From Parcubacteria group bacterium GW2011_GWA2_51_10 (GTDB taxonomy: Bacteria > Patescibacteriota > Minisyncoccia > Phycocordibacterales > UBA2100), in NCBI GenBank assembly GCA_001004265.1, contig LCQS01000005.1:5371-69370 (forward strand): DNA of 64,000 nucleotides, read 5' to 3'. The translations under genes and the position numbers were made by a program. Shown here in pieces: positions 50,775 through 60,603 of this stretch (positions within the stretch are counted from its first letter, which is position 1; each line of letters opens with the position of its first letter). The notes below the pieces were generated by a model, which saw only the letters and a list, made by a program, of their open reading frames with translations, did no database searches and was not told where the DNA came from.

Positions 50775-53765
50775 ATGCATCGTATTGCCGTAGCTTCAAA
50801 AGTTGATGATTCGCGGGCAAAGCATTTTCTTCTCACGCTTCGAGAAAGGTTTCCAAATATCGAACTCACCGGGGTCTCGACGACGCAGTGCTACACGATC
50901 GACGCTGGAATCAATGAGTATGAGGTCGCGCAAGCAGCGGAGCGCCTCGCCAATCTGCTTACGGAGGTGTATTCGACGGGCGGCATTCTTGAGCCGGAGC
51001 TTTTCGCATATGCAGTTGAAATAGGTTTTTTGCCCGGCGTTACCGACAATGTCGGAAAAACAGCGCGAGAAACGATACAAGATGTTCTCGGCCGCACATT
51101 AAAAAACGCTGAGGTCGTCTATTCTTCAAGATGGATATTTCTTGATGGAGACCTATCGCCCCGCGATGCCGAGAAAATCGCCGGGGAACTGCATAACCCA
51201 TTGATAGAGCGCGTGAGGATCACTTCGGCGCAAGAAATCAGGGATGGCGTTTCGATAATCGCGCCGAAAGTGAAGCTGCATGGCGATCCAAAGGCGCACG
51301 CAGTGAATTTGAGCGTGAGTGACGAGGAGCTTGAAAAAATTGGCAAACTCGGGATTCCGATGCGCTCTATTGATACCGAAGAGGAGAGACCCGAGAGGCA
51401 GGGCCCGCTCGCGCTTTCCCTTCCTGCGATGAAAGCCATCCGTGATTATTTCAAGAAAGAAGGAAGAAATCCGACGGATGTAGAGCTGGAAGCGCTCGCA
51501 CAGACTTGGTCCGAGCACTGCAAGCACACAATTTTTGCTGATCCATTGGATGAGGTGAAAGAGGGAATTTACAAGCGCTACATAAAAGGAGCGACGGAAA
51601 AAATACGGAAGGCCAAGGGCAGAAAGGACTTCTGCGTTTCGGTTTTCAACGATAACTCTGGTGCAATAGCGTTTGACAAGGATTATCTCATCACGCACAA
51701 GGTGGAAACGCACAATTCACCGTCGGCGCTCGATCCTTTCGGCGGGGCGGTGACCGCAATCGTCGGTGTTAATCGAGATTGTTTAGGGTTCGGTCTCGGG
51801 GCGAAGCCGATTGCAAATACATACGGCTTCTGCGTCGGCGATCCAAAAACCGAGGTCGATCTTTTCAGGGATAAAGAACTGACCCAACCGCTCCTTTCCT
51901 CCCGCCGAATACTGGAGGGTGTTGTGGCGGGTGTAAACGCGGGAGGGAATCAAAGCGGCATCCCAACGCCACTTGGTTTTGTTGCAGTCGACCCGTCGTA
52001 TCGCGGGAAGCCATTAGTCTATGGAGGCACCGTCGGATTGATCCCTCGTAAGCGCGGCAGGAGGAAACTGTATGAAAAAAAGGCAAAGCACGGCGATTAC
52101 ATTGTCATGATCGGCGGCCGCGTCGGACTCGATGGGATTCACGGAGCCACATTTTCTTCGGAGTCACTTTCAAAAGGATCTCCTGCAACGTCAGTCCAAA
52201 TTGGAGATCCGATCACGCAGAAAAAACTTTCAGATGCGCTCATTCGCGAAGCGAGGGACGCCGGTCTCTATAATTCAATAACAGACAATGGCGCCGGCGG
52301 CCTTTCCGGGTCGGTGGGGGAAATGGCAAAAGAGAGTGGCGGATGTCTCGTCGATTTAGATTTGGTGCCAGTCAAATATCCCGGGCTCGCGCCCTGGCAG
52401 ATTTGGATATCCGAATCGCAGGAGCGCATGACACTCGCAGTGCCCAAACGCAACTGGTTGAAACTCAAGAAAATATTCGACAGGCACGACGTGGAGGCGA
52501 CGCGAATCGGCGTCTTCACAAAAGGCGGCCGCTGTGTCGTTCGCTTCAGAAAGAAAAAAGTCGTGGATGTCTCGATGCGTTTTTTGCACGATGGTCGGCC
52601 GATGGAAGTGCAGACTTCTGCGCCGCCATTCCGAGCGGCGAAGCTGTCGCCTGCAATCCCGCACGAAGATCTCTCGCGGGTGCTCCTCGCGATGCTTGAT
52701 CGTCCAAATATCGGAGGCATATCTTTTATATCGGATCAGTATGATTCTGAAGTGCAAGGAAATTCCGTCACAAAACCCTTGCAGGGGCGAGGCAGAGTAA
52801 ATGCAGATGCGGTCGTTCTACAGCCCCTCCCGCACTCGTCAAAAGGAATCGTTCTTGCACACGGGTTCACGTCCTGGTACTCCAGCGCCGATACGCACAA
52901 AATGGCAGCCGCAGCAATTGACACTGCGATTCGGAATGCAATTTGCGCGGGCGCGAAGAGGGACTACCTAGCTCTCCTTGATAACTTTTGCTGGTCATCC
53001 TCTGACACACCCGAGAGGCTGTATGAACTGAAAGCAGCCGCGCGCGCGTGCTACGAAATGGCGACTTTTTATGGTACCCCATTTATTTCGGGAAAGGACA
53101 GCATGTTCAATGACTTTCGCGGGTTCAATTCGGGAGGAGAAAAAGTACACATAGCGGCGCTTCCGAGCTTGCTCATATCGGCTATAGGAGTTATCGAAGA
53201 CGTTGCTAAGTCAGTAACTATCGATTTCAAGTGCGAAGGCGATGCAATCTATCTCGTCGGGCTCACTCACAGCGAACTCGGCGCTTCTGAATTTGATGCA
53301 ATGCATGAAGAAGAGGGCGGCGAGGAGGTACTGAGGCCAGCAGGTTCGAATGTACCGACGGTAAATATGAAGAACAATGCTCTCGCGTACGATGCGGTCG
53401 CGAAAGCTACAGAGCGCAATCTGGTTTCATCTGCCATCGGAGTTTCTCGTGGTGGAATAGGCATCGCACTTGCGAAATCAGCTATCGCAGGAGGGCTCGG
53501 AGCACAGGTCAATCTCCAAATGGTGCTCGGCAGCGCGCAGGGGAATGACGCAAATATACTGTTTTCCGAAAGTCAGGGGCGGATGCTCCTTTCGGTGCGG
53601 CCTGACGCGGAAATCGAATTCAAAAAAATCATGCGCGGCGCGCTGTATATGCGTCTCGGTGAAATACGGGGAAAGGAACTCACTATAAAGCTTCCGAAGC
53701 AAGCCATCGATTTGCCCATGACTGAATTAACAGCCGCATATCGCTCGTATTTCAAGGATTGGTAG
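50775..53765 (+). CDS. purL: phosphoribosylformylglycinamidine synthase, synthetase subunit with a long N-terminal domain
   Basis: ELEALAQTWSEHCKHTIF, VETHNSPSALDPFGGA, SITDNGAGGLS and ISGKDSMFN. It is 996 aa, with ~230 aa preceding the canonical PurL core. Confidence 0.9.
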   Translation: MHRIAVASKVDDSRAKHFLLTLRERFPNIELTGVSTTQCYTIDAGINEYEVAQAAERLANLLTEVYSTGGILEPELFAYAVEIGFLPGVTDNVGKTARETIQDVLGRTLKNAEVVYSSRWIFLDGDLSPRDAEKIAGELHNPLIERVRITSAQEIRDGVSIIAPKVKLHGDPKAHAVNLSVSDEELEKIGKLGIPMRSIDTEEERPERQGPLALSLPAMKAIRDYFKKEGRNPTDVELEALAQTWSEHCKHTIFADPLDEVKEGIYKRYIKGATEKIRKAKGRKDFCVSVFNDNSGAIAFDKDYLITHKVETHNSPSALDPFGGAVTAIVGVNRDCLGFGLGAKPIANTYGFCVGDPKTEVDLFRDKELTQPLLSSRRILEGVVAGVNAGGNQSGIPTPLGFVAVDPSYRGKPLVYGGTVGLIPRKRGRRKLYEKKAKHGDYIVMIGGRVGLDGIHGATFSSESLSKGSPATSVQIGDPITQKKLSDALIREARDAGLYNSITDNGAGGLSGSVGEMAKESGGCLVDLDLVPVKYPGLAPWQIWISESQERMTLAVPKRNWLKLKKIFDRHDVEATRIGVFTKGGRCVVRFRKKKVVDVSMRFLHDGRPMEVQTSAPPFRAAKLSPAIPHEDLSRVLLAMLDRPNIGGISFISDQYDSEVQGNSVTKPLQGRGRVNADAVVLQPLPHSSKGIVLAHGFTSWYSSADTHKMAAAAIDTAIRNAICAGAKRDYLALLDNFCWSSSDTPERLYELKAAARACYEMATFYGTPFISGKDSMFNDFRGFNSGGEKVHIAALPSLLISAIGVIEDVAKSVTIDFKCEGDAIYLVGLTHSELGASEFDAMHEEEGGEEVLRPAGSNVPTVNMKNNALAYDAVAKATERNLVSSAIGVSRGGIGIALAKSAIAGGLGAQVNLQMVLGSAQGNDANILFSESQGRMLLSVRPDAEIEFKKIMRGALYMRLGEIRGKELTIKLPKQAIDLPMTELTAAYRSYFKDW

Positions 53766-53780
53766 GAATTTATGTCTTCA

Positions 53781-53852
53781 CTAAAAACTAAAAACTTAAA
53801 ATCCCGACGCTTCGGTCGGGACCCCGACTTTGCGTCGGGGCTAAAAACTAAG
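53781..53852 (+). repeat. intercistronic element: twin CCCGAC/GTCGGG hairpins bracketed by CTAAAAACTA motifs
   Basis: ctaaaaactaaaaacttaaaa, then tcccgac-gcttcg-gtcggga (53802-21), then ccccgac-tttgc-gtcgggg (53822-40), then ctaaaaactaag. The purQ ATG at 53856 follows. Confidence 0.65.
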
Positions 53853-53855
53853 CCA

Positions 53856-54493
53856 ATGGCTTTGATCTTTTCAGGATACGGACTCAATACGGAGGACGAG
53901 ACAAAGACGGCCTTCGAAATGGCCGGCGGGCATGCGGAGATAGTCCACATCAATGATCTTCTCTCGCGGCCTGCAATATTAAAAAGCGCGCAGATCGTCG
54001 TATTTCCCGGTGGATTTTCATACGGCGATGACACGGGCTCGGGAAAAGCATATGGCAACCGCATCAAGGAGCACCTCGGAGAGGCACTGCAAAAATTTCT
54101 ATCTCGCGGCACCTTGCTCGCAGGAATTTGCAATGGTTTCCAGATAATCACGAATGCCGGCATTCTCCCGGGCGCACTCCTGCCGAATGATAATGCGCGA
54201 TATACATGCCGGTGGGTGGATTTGATAGTAAAGAACGAGAGCCCGTGGCTCTCGGGGATCTCGAAGATCTCGCTGCCGATCGCGCATGGAGAAGGCAAGT
54301 ACTATGCGCCGGAAGCAACGCTCACCAAGCTAGAGGAGGAAGAGAAAATTGGACTCGTGTATGAACGCGGGGCACGCAGTTGCCGCATTGGACGTATTTG
54401 CGCGAGCGATATATGCGAAGTGGAAGACCGCTTCCAAAGGAAGGTCCGGGTCTCCAAATTTTTAAAAATGCAGTCAGGTATTTTAGCGAATGA
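53856..54493 (+). pseudogene. purQ: FGAM synthase glutaminase subunit, interrupted near 54365
   Basis: MALIFSGYGLNTEDE, FPGGFSYGDD, GICNGFQ (nucleophile Cys) and PIAHGEGKY. After ...KIGLVYERG the sense switches to frame 2, which opens after the TGA at 54362-64: TQLPHWTYL...GPGLQIFKNAVRYFSE*. No MPHPE motif is present. Confidence 0.8.
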
Positions 54494-54579
54494 AAAGTGG
54501 AATACATTAGGAAGGGCAAAGATTAGTACCCCACGGCGCAGTGCCGCGGGGTACCTGGGCGTCTGACGCCAACGCGTCA

Positions 54580-54738
54580 TCAGGAAAGGCCGATGATGGG
54601 CGCCGCCGCTAATAGCCCGAGAAAGAGCAAGCCCCACCACACAGTCGGAGTCCGCTTTCCTTGAACCGCGGCCCCGAGAAGCCTGAATCCCGCACCGAGT
54701 GCTCCCACGAGGAGCATTAAGCTTATCACTAACTTCAT
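54580..54738 (-). CDS. possible small membrane protein (52 aa)
   Basis: The minus strand has AAGGAGGcgtcATG followed by MKLVISLMLLVGALGAGFRLLGAAVQGKRTPTVWWGLLFLGLLAAAPIIGLS*. This is my own translation. It has a strong SD and two TM helices. Confidence 0.45.
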   Translation of the reverse strand: MKLVISLMLLVGALGAGFRLLGAAVQGKRTPTVWWGLLFLGLLAAAPIIGLS

Positions 54739-54857
54739 GACGCCTCCTTTTGACCGGCCACGAAATTACCGGATTAAGCTTAAGGTACCGTACTAATCAG
54801 TAACTTGAAAGTTGTCGACGTTTAAAAAGTAAGCTGATTAATGCTAAAATCGAAACT

Positions 54858-55427
54858 ATGAAATCACGTGTCGGTACATCCGGATATGTTGACCGCAGTA
54901 CCTCCTCGCCTGCGCTCGTCGGAATCATCATGGGTTCGGATTCGGATCTGCCGGTCATGCAGGAAGCCGCAAAAATACTCGATGAATTTGGAGTTGGATA
55001 CGAAATTCATGTGATGTCGGCGCATCGCACGCCGGAGCAAGTAATAGAATATGTAAAAAAGAGCGAAGCATCGGGGTGCAAGGTTTTCATCTGTAGCGCC
55101 GGAATGTCTGCGCACCTTGCGGGCGTTGTAGCTGCTCACACCGCCCTCCCCGTCATTGGTGTTCCAATGGGCAAGAGTGCGGCAGGTGTTGACGCCTTGT
55201 TCTCGACAGTGCAGATGCCGCCGGGAATTCCTGTCGCGACTGTCGCGATAAACGGGGCAAAGAATGCAGGCATCCTTGCCGCGCAGATCATTGCGACGGG
55301 AGATTCTGACATTCTTGAGAAAGTGAGAATGTTTAAAGAAAGGATGGCGGACGATATTGAGGCAAAAGATGCGGAACTTCAGGAAAAAGGATTTAGAAAG
55401 TATCTCGAGGAGCAGGGTCTCGTATAA
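54858..55427 (+). CDS. purE: PurE (AIR carboxylase / N5-CAIR mutase family)
   Basis: LVGIIMGSDSDLPVMQEAAKILDEFGV, SAHRTPE, and AGMSAHLAGVVAAHTALPVIGVP. Confidence 0.9.
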   Translation: MKSRVGTSGYVDRSTSSPALVGIIMGSDSDLPVMQEAAKILDEFGVGYEIHVMSAHRTPEQVIEYVKKSEASGCKVFICSAGMSAHLAGVVAAHTALPVIGVPMGKSAAGVDALFSTVQMPPGIPVATVAINGAKNAGILAAQIIATGDSDILEKVRMFKERMADDIEAKDAELQEKGFRKYLEEQGLV

Positions 55428-55429
55428 AC

Positions 55430-56563
55430 ATGAGTGAGAAAAACGCGTATTCTCAGTCGGGCGTCGACGTTGAAATTGAGGCGCGCGTTTCTCGCATAAT
55501 GTATGAGGCTTCGACGAAAACCTTCAAAAATCGAGAAGGATTAATCGGGTCGGTCGTTACGCCGTTCGACGATTTCTCCGGATTACGCATGGTCTCTGTT
55601 GAAAAACTGCCGGCTGGCAGTTTCATGTCTGTCGGTTTCGACACCGCTGGAACGAAAGTGGAGATCGCGCAGCGTGTCGGCATCCACAATACGATCGCTT
55701 TCGATGTTCTCGCGATGGTTTGTGACGACGCTGTCATGCGCGGTGGGGAGCCGGTACTCGTTGGCACGACATTAGAGACAAGCGGCTTTGGGAATGATGA
55801 ACGCTATTTGCCAATTGCTCGCGAATTGGCGGAAGGCTATGTCGCTGCGGCTAATGCTGCAAATGTTGCTGTTATCAACGGCGAAATAGTACAGATGGGT
55901 TCGATGGTCTCGGGATACGGCCCGTTCGCATACCATTGGGGCGCCGCGTGCGTGTGGTTCGGGAGAAAAGATCGACTCTTAACGGGCGGAGAAATGCAGG
56001 AAGGCGACAGCATCATTGCTTTAAAGGAGGATGGGTTCCGTTGCAACGGCTGGTCACTCGTACGAAAAATATTCCGGGAAGTTTACGGGGAGCAGTGGCA
56101 CAAAACGGCGTTCGAGGGATCGACGCTGGGCTTGCTTGCCCTCACTCCGTCCCTCATTTATTCAAAATTCATTGTTGAACTTCATGGCGGATTCAAAACC
56201 GAGGGCATTTCAAAATTACGGGGTGTGGCGCATATTACCGGCGGCGGATTGCCGGAGAAAATGTCGCGTCTATTGCGGTCATCGCGTCTGGGAGCGCGCC
56301 TAAACAATTTGTACGACCCTGCGCCGATCGTCTCTCACTGCCAAAAAATTGGAAATGTAAGTGATGAAGATGCGTACAGAGCCTGGAACATGGGACAGGG
56401 AATGATGCTTGTAACGAATGAACCAGAGAAAGTTTTGTTGACAGCGGAACAGCGAGGCATTCGAGCGCAGGTGGCAGGTGAAATTATTAAGGAGCCGAAA
56501 CTTGTCATAACGAGTAGAGGCATTGAATCTCCGGGAAAAGAGCTCGTTTCTGATATACGATAG
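55430..56563 (+). CDS. purM: phosphoribosylformylglycinamidine cyclo-ligase (AIR synthetase)
   Basis: YSQSGVDVEIEARV, GFDTAGTKVEIA, DDAVMRGGEP and AHITGGGLPEK. Confidence 0.88.
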   Translation: MSEKNAYSQSGVDVEIEARVSRIMYEASTKTFKNREGLIGSVVTPFDDFSGLRMVSVEKLPAGSFMSVGFDTAGTKVEIAQRVGIHNTIAFDVLAMVCDDAVMRGGEPVLVGTTLETSGFGNDERYLPIARELAEGYVAAANAANVAVINGEIVQMGSMVSGYGPFAYHWGAACVWFGRKDRLLTGGEMQEGDSIIALKEDGFRCNGWSLVRKIFREVYGEQWHKTAFEGSTLGLLALTPSLIYSKFIVELHGGFKTEGISKLRGVAHITGGGLPEKMSRLLRSSRLGARLNNLYDPAPIVSHCQKIGNVSDEDAYRAWNMGQGMMLVTNEPEKVLLTAEQRGIRAQVAGEIIKEPKLVITSRGIESPGKELVSDIR

Positions 56564-56566
56564 TGT

Positions 56567-57502
56567 ATGCAATACGTACTCAAGGGAACTGACTTTGATT
56601 TTCTCGGGACAAAGAAAATTGGCAAGGTGCGTGACGTGTATGAGCAACCGGATCGGATCATATTGATTACGACGGACCGGCATTCATCGTTCGATCGCAT
56701 CATTGCGCACATTCCGTGGAAGGGGCAAGTGTTGAACCAGGTGAGCGCATGGTGGTTCGACAAAACGAAAGACATCGTGCCGAACCACTTTCTTTCGATG
56801 CCCGATCCTAATGTGACAGTTGGAAAGAAATTTAAGCTGGTCCCCGTGGAAGCGGTCGTGCGTGGATATCTCACGGGAGTCACGGACACTGCTATTTGGA
56901 CTCGGTACGAAAAAGGCGAGCGCAATTTCGGCGGTGTCACTTTTCCCGATGGCATGAAGAAAAATCAAAAACTGCCGAATCCAGTCTTTGACCCGACGAC
57001 AAAAGAAGAAAAGCATGACCGGGTGCTGACGTCGCAGGAAATGATTGCGGGGGGATTTATAGCGCAAAAACTTTTCGATAAAATGCGCGAAGTCGCGCTA
57101 AAACTTTTTACGCGCGGTCAGGAAATTGCGGCGGGGCGAGGGCTTATTCTTGTTGACACGAAGTATGAATTCGGAACAGATGAACATGGAGAGTTGGTAC
57201 TCATTGATGAAATCCATACACCAGATTCATCACGCTGGTGGATAAAAGACTCTTACAAAGAGCGGTTTGCGAAAGGCGAGGAGCCGGAATACTTCGACAA
57301 GGAATTTTTGCGCCTCTGGTTCAAAGAGAACTGCGATCCGTACAAAGATGAGAAATTGCCGGATGCGCCGAAAGAGCTTGTCGAGGAGCTCTCGCGCAGG
57401 TACATTCAGATGTATGAGCAAATCACCGGAGAGAAATTTATGAGGGGAGAAACGCCGATGCTGCCGCGCATAGAGAAAAATCTACAATCGTATGCAATTT
57501 GA
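56567..57502 (+). CDS. purC: SAICAR synthetase (long form)
   Basis: GKVRDVYEQPDRIILITTDRHSSFDRI, VRGYLTG, LVDTKYEFG and IDEIHTPDSSRWW. Confidence 0.9.
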   Translation: MQYVLKGTDFDFLGTKKIGKVRDVYEQPDRIILITTDRHSSFDRIIAHIPWKGQVLNQVSAWWFDKTKDIVPNHFLSMPDPNVTVGKKFKLVPVEAVVRGYLTGVTDTAIWTRYEKGERNFGGVTFPDGMKKNQKLPNPVFDPTTKEEKHDRVLTSQEMIAGGFIAQKLFDKMREVALKLFTRGQEIAAGRGLILVDTKYEFGTDEHGELVLIDEIHTPDSSRWWIKDSYKERFAKGEEPEYFDKEFLRLWFKENCDPYKDEKLPDAPKELVEELSRRYIQMYEQITGEKFMRGETPMLPRIEKNLQSYAI

Positions 57503-58883
57503 ACCGCTTACCGCGATCAGTTCTGTAGACGGCCGCTATCGTACAGTCACCGAACCGCTTGCGGAATACTTCAGCGAATACGCGCTCATCCGAGCGCGTA
57601 TAAAAGTGGAATTTGAGTACCTGATCGCACTGTCGGAGGCCGGTCTTGTTCGGCAATTTACTGATGAAGAGAAAAAGTGGCTGCGCAATGAAGCAAGCTT
57701 CACGGTAGAGCATGCGCAGATGGTCAAGAATATCGAGAAGGAAGGTCTGGATGGCATTCCTGCAACAAACCACGACGTGAAAGCGGTTGAATATTTCATA
57801 AAGAAACAGCTTGCCGCCACGTCATTAACGGATGTCGCAGAATGGGTTCACTTTGCGCTCACATCGGAAGATAGCGACAATGTGGCGCATGCGCTCCTTT
57901 TGCGTGGCGCAATCGAGGAGGCGCTCTCTCCGGTCTCTTGTGAAATAGGTCAGGCACTCGATGCTCTCATTTTAGAGCATGCGGAAACACCGATGCTCGC
58001 ACGCACGCACGGGCAGCCCGCTTCGCCCACGACATTTGGCAAGGAAATGCGGATTTTTGTTGAGCGATTTCGCAGACAAGCGGGTCAAATCGCAGATCGT
58101 GCGGTTCTTGTGAAGTTTTCGGGAGCAACGGGAAACTTCAATGCCCATATGGTGGCGGCACCAGAAGTCGATTGGAGAAGTTTCAGCCGGGCATTTATAG
58201 AGCGATTTAATAAAAAGGAAGGCATCCGCTTAGAATTGAATGGATACACAAATCAAATTGAGCCCCATGATACCTATGCGGAGATGTTCGATAACATGCG
58301 GCGCCTCAATACGGTGCTCATTGCTCTTTCGCAGGACATCTGGCGCTATATAAGCGATGGGTGGATAACGCAAAGGCAAAAAGAAGGGGAGGTGGGATCT
58401 TCGACGATGCCGCACAAAGTGAATCCAATTGATTTTGAAAACGCCGAGGGCAATCTCGGCGTAGCGAATGCGCTCTTTAATCACTACTCAAATAAGTTGC
58501 CGATATCGCGTCTCCAGCGCGATCTTTCAGATTCAACCGTAAAAAGAACATTTGGAGTGGCATTCGCTCACACGCTCATCGGTTTCAAAAGCATTTTGCG
58601 GGGTCTTGAAAAAATCAGCGTCAACAAAGATGCCATGCTTCTGGCACTGCAGAGGCATCCCGAAGTGCTCGCAGAAGCAATTCAAACCGTACTCCGCAAG
58701 GAAGGAGTAGAAGTGCCCTATGAAAAATTGAAAGCGCTCACTCGCGGAAGGGAAGTGACGCTTCAGGATTTTGCCGCTTTTATAGAAGGGCTTCAAATCA
58801 GCGACGAAGTGAAAACAAGATTGAAATCGTTAAGGCCGGAGAACTATCTTGGTCTCGCGGCTGAAATAGCCCGCGCAAAGTAG
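57492..58883 (+). CDS. purB: adenylosuccinate lyase
   Basis: LTAISSVDGRYR, ALTSEDSDN, and SSTMPHKVNPIDFEN (the signature loop). Confidence 0.93.
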   Translation: MQFEPLTAISSVDGRYRTVTEPLAEYFSEYALIRARIKVEFEYLIALSEAGLVRQFTDEEKKWLRNEASFTVEHAQMVKNIEKEGLDGIPATNHDVKAVEYFIKKQLAATSLTDVAEWVHFALTSEDSDNVAHALLLRGAIEEALSPVSCEIGQALDALILEHAETPMLARTHGQPASPTTFGKEMRIFVERFRRQAGQIADRAVLVKFSGATGNFNAHMVAAPEVDWRSFSRAFIERFNKKEGIRLELNGYTNQIEPHDTYAEMFDNMRRLNTVLIALSQDIWRYISDGWITQRQKEGEVGSSTMPHKVNPIDFENAEGNLGVANALFNHYSNKLPISRLQRDLSDSTVKRTFGVAFAHTLIGFKSILRGLEKISVNKDAMLLALQRHPEVLAEAIQTVLRKEGVEVPYEKLKALTRGREVTLQDFAAFIEGLQISDEVKTRLKSLRPENYLGLAAEIARAK

Positions 58884-59051
58884 TTTCTTCCTTCATCTTC
58901 ATTTCAGAAGCGCCTCATAGAGTGAGGGCATGAATCAGTTTTTGCGTAGTCGGGAATTTGCCTACTTGGCGGCCGCGATTTCCGCCGGCTTTGGAGTACT
59001 CAGCCTGGTCTCGCTTCCTTTATAGTATAGCGCTCGGGAATGATCAGCGCG

Positions 59052-59834
59052 TTAATGTCGAAGACCGAGGCCTTTGCGGATGAGGTACCAATTGATAGCG
59101 ATAAGGAAGGCAATGAGCGCAAGCAGAATTGCCGCCGCGAGGAAAGGAGAAACATCTGAAGTTCCCAAGAATCCGTAGCGAAATCCGTTAATGAGGTAGA
59201 AAAGGGGATTCGCATACGTAATAGCCTGCCACCACGCGGGGAGCGCATGTACGGAGTAGAAGATTCCCCCAAGGTATACAAGCGGCGTCAAGACGAACGT
59301 CGGAACGAGATTAATGCCGTCAATGGTTTTTGCGTAGATACCATTCACGAGTCCGGCGAGGGCGAAGACAAATGCGGTGAGAATCGCAAACGCCAAAATT
59401 ACTGCGACGTTGGTAATTGTAAGCGTAAGATTCGTGAAAAAAACTGAAATGAGAAGAACGCTCGCTCCGACAAGAACGCCTCGCATTACGCCTCCTGCAA
59501 TGAATCCGCCGATCATAACCCACGGCGGAGTGGGGGAGACGAGGATCTCGTCAATGGAGCGTGCGAAAAATTTCGATTGGAAGAACGTGAATGAGCTATT
59601 CGCGTACGCATTCGTCACGATTGCGAGCATCACGAGGCCGGGGACGACAAATACGATGTAAGGAAATCCCTGCATATCGCCAATGCGCGAACCGAGAACG
59701 GTTCCGAACACCAGAAAGTACAGCACCGATGTAATCACGCTCGGGAGGAAAGTCTGCACCCATATCCGGAACATCCGGACGATGTCCTTCCGGATCATGG
59801 TATAGAACGAAATCCAAAGTTGTTCGGGGCGCAT
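59052..59834 (-). CDS. ABC-2 type transporter permease
   Basis: 260 aa, 6 TM. Its start lies 2 nt downstream of the ATPase gene stop. Confidence 0.8.
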   Translation of the reverse strand: MRPEQLWISFYTMIRKDIVRMFRIWVQTFLPSVITSVLYFLVFGTVLGSRIGDMQGFPYIVFVVPGLVMLAIVTNAYANSSFTFFQSKFFARSIDEILVSPTPPWVMIGGFIAGGVMRGVLVGASVLLISVFFTNLTLTITNVAVILAFAILTAFVFALAGLVNGIYAKTIDGINLVPTFVLTPLVYLGGIFYSVHALPAWWQAITYANPLFYLINGFRYGFLGTSDVSPFLAAAILLALIAFLIAINWYLIRKGLGLRH

Positions 59835-59836
59835 AA

Positions 59837-60598
59837 TTACTTTTCCTTAGTGAGCTGTAAAAACACTTCCTCGAGTTTGCTGCCCTGATATTTGCCTTTC
59901 ACTTGTTCTTTCTCGTCATGCATCGCCAACACATCCTCCATCGCGCCTGATGCAACTATTTCGCCTTTATTGATGATGGCAACATGCTTGCAGAGTTGCT
60001 CCGCCTCCTCGAGATAGTGCGTCGTAAGAAGAAGCGTGACGCCTTTTCCATTCAGCGTGCGCAGATAATCCCACATGCTGCGGCGCAATTCTACATCTAC
60101 CCCTGCTGTCGGCTCATCGAGAATGAGAAAGCGCGGTTCGTGAATCAATGCGCGCGCGATCATGAGGCGGCGCTTCATCCCCCCTGAAAGATCCCATGCG
60201 GTCTGGTTCATTTTTTCGGCAAGGCCTAGATCGGTGAGTATTTTTTTAGCCCGCGGAAGCGCGACGGAACGGGGAATCCCGTAGTAGCCGCCTTGATTGA
60301 CGACGATGTCGAGAGGCTTCTCGAATGGATTGAAATTTAATTCTTGTCCGACGAGTCCGATATACGTCTTTGCCTTTTCGTGATTTTTGTCAATATCGTG
60401 TCCGAATACTTCAACTGTTCCGCTCGTCTTATTAACCAGTCCCGTAACGATGCCGATTATAGTCGTCTTCCCAGCCCCATTCGGTCCGAGGAGCGCAAAA
60501 AAATCACCTTCCGGAATATCGAGTGATACGCCTTTGAGGGCGGTCGTCCCGCTTTTATATGTTTTTTTGAGGTCCTTGACGGAGAGCGCGCTTGTCAT
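59837..60598 (-). CDS. ABC transporter ATP-binding protein
   Basis: Walker A GPNGAGKTT, signature LSGGMKRRL, and Walker B FLILDEPTAGVD. Confidence 0.9.
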   Translation of the reverse strand: MTSALSVKDLKKTYKSGTTALKGVSLDIPEGDFFALLGPNGAGKTTIIGIVTGLVNKTSGTVEVFGHDIDKNHEKAKTYIGLVGQELNFNPFEKPLDIVVNQGGYYGIPRSVALPRAKKILTDLGLAEKMNQTAWDLSGGMKRRLMIARALIHEPRFLILDEPTAGVDVELRRSMWDYLRTLNGKGVTLLLTTHYLEEAEQLCKHVAIINKGEIVASGAMEDVLAMHDEKEQVKGKYQGSKLEEVFLQLTKEK

Positions 60599-60603
60599 TC
60601 CAG

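Noticed and set aside
58930-59025. 31-aa ORF (MNQFLRSREFAYLAAAISAGFGVLSLVSLPL) between purB and the ABC permease
   Set aside because: It has no SD, is very short, and cannot be assessed for conservation from this window.
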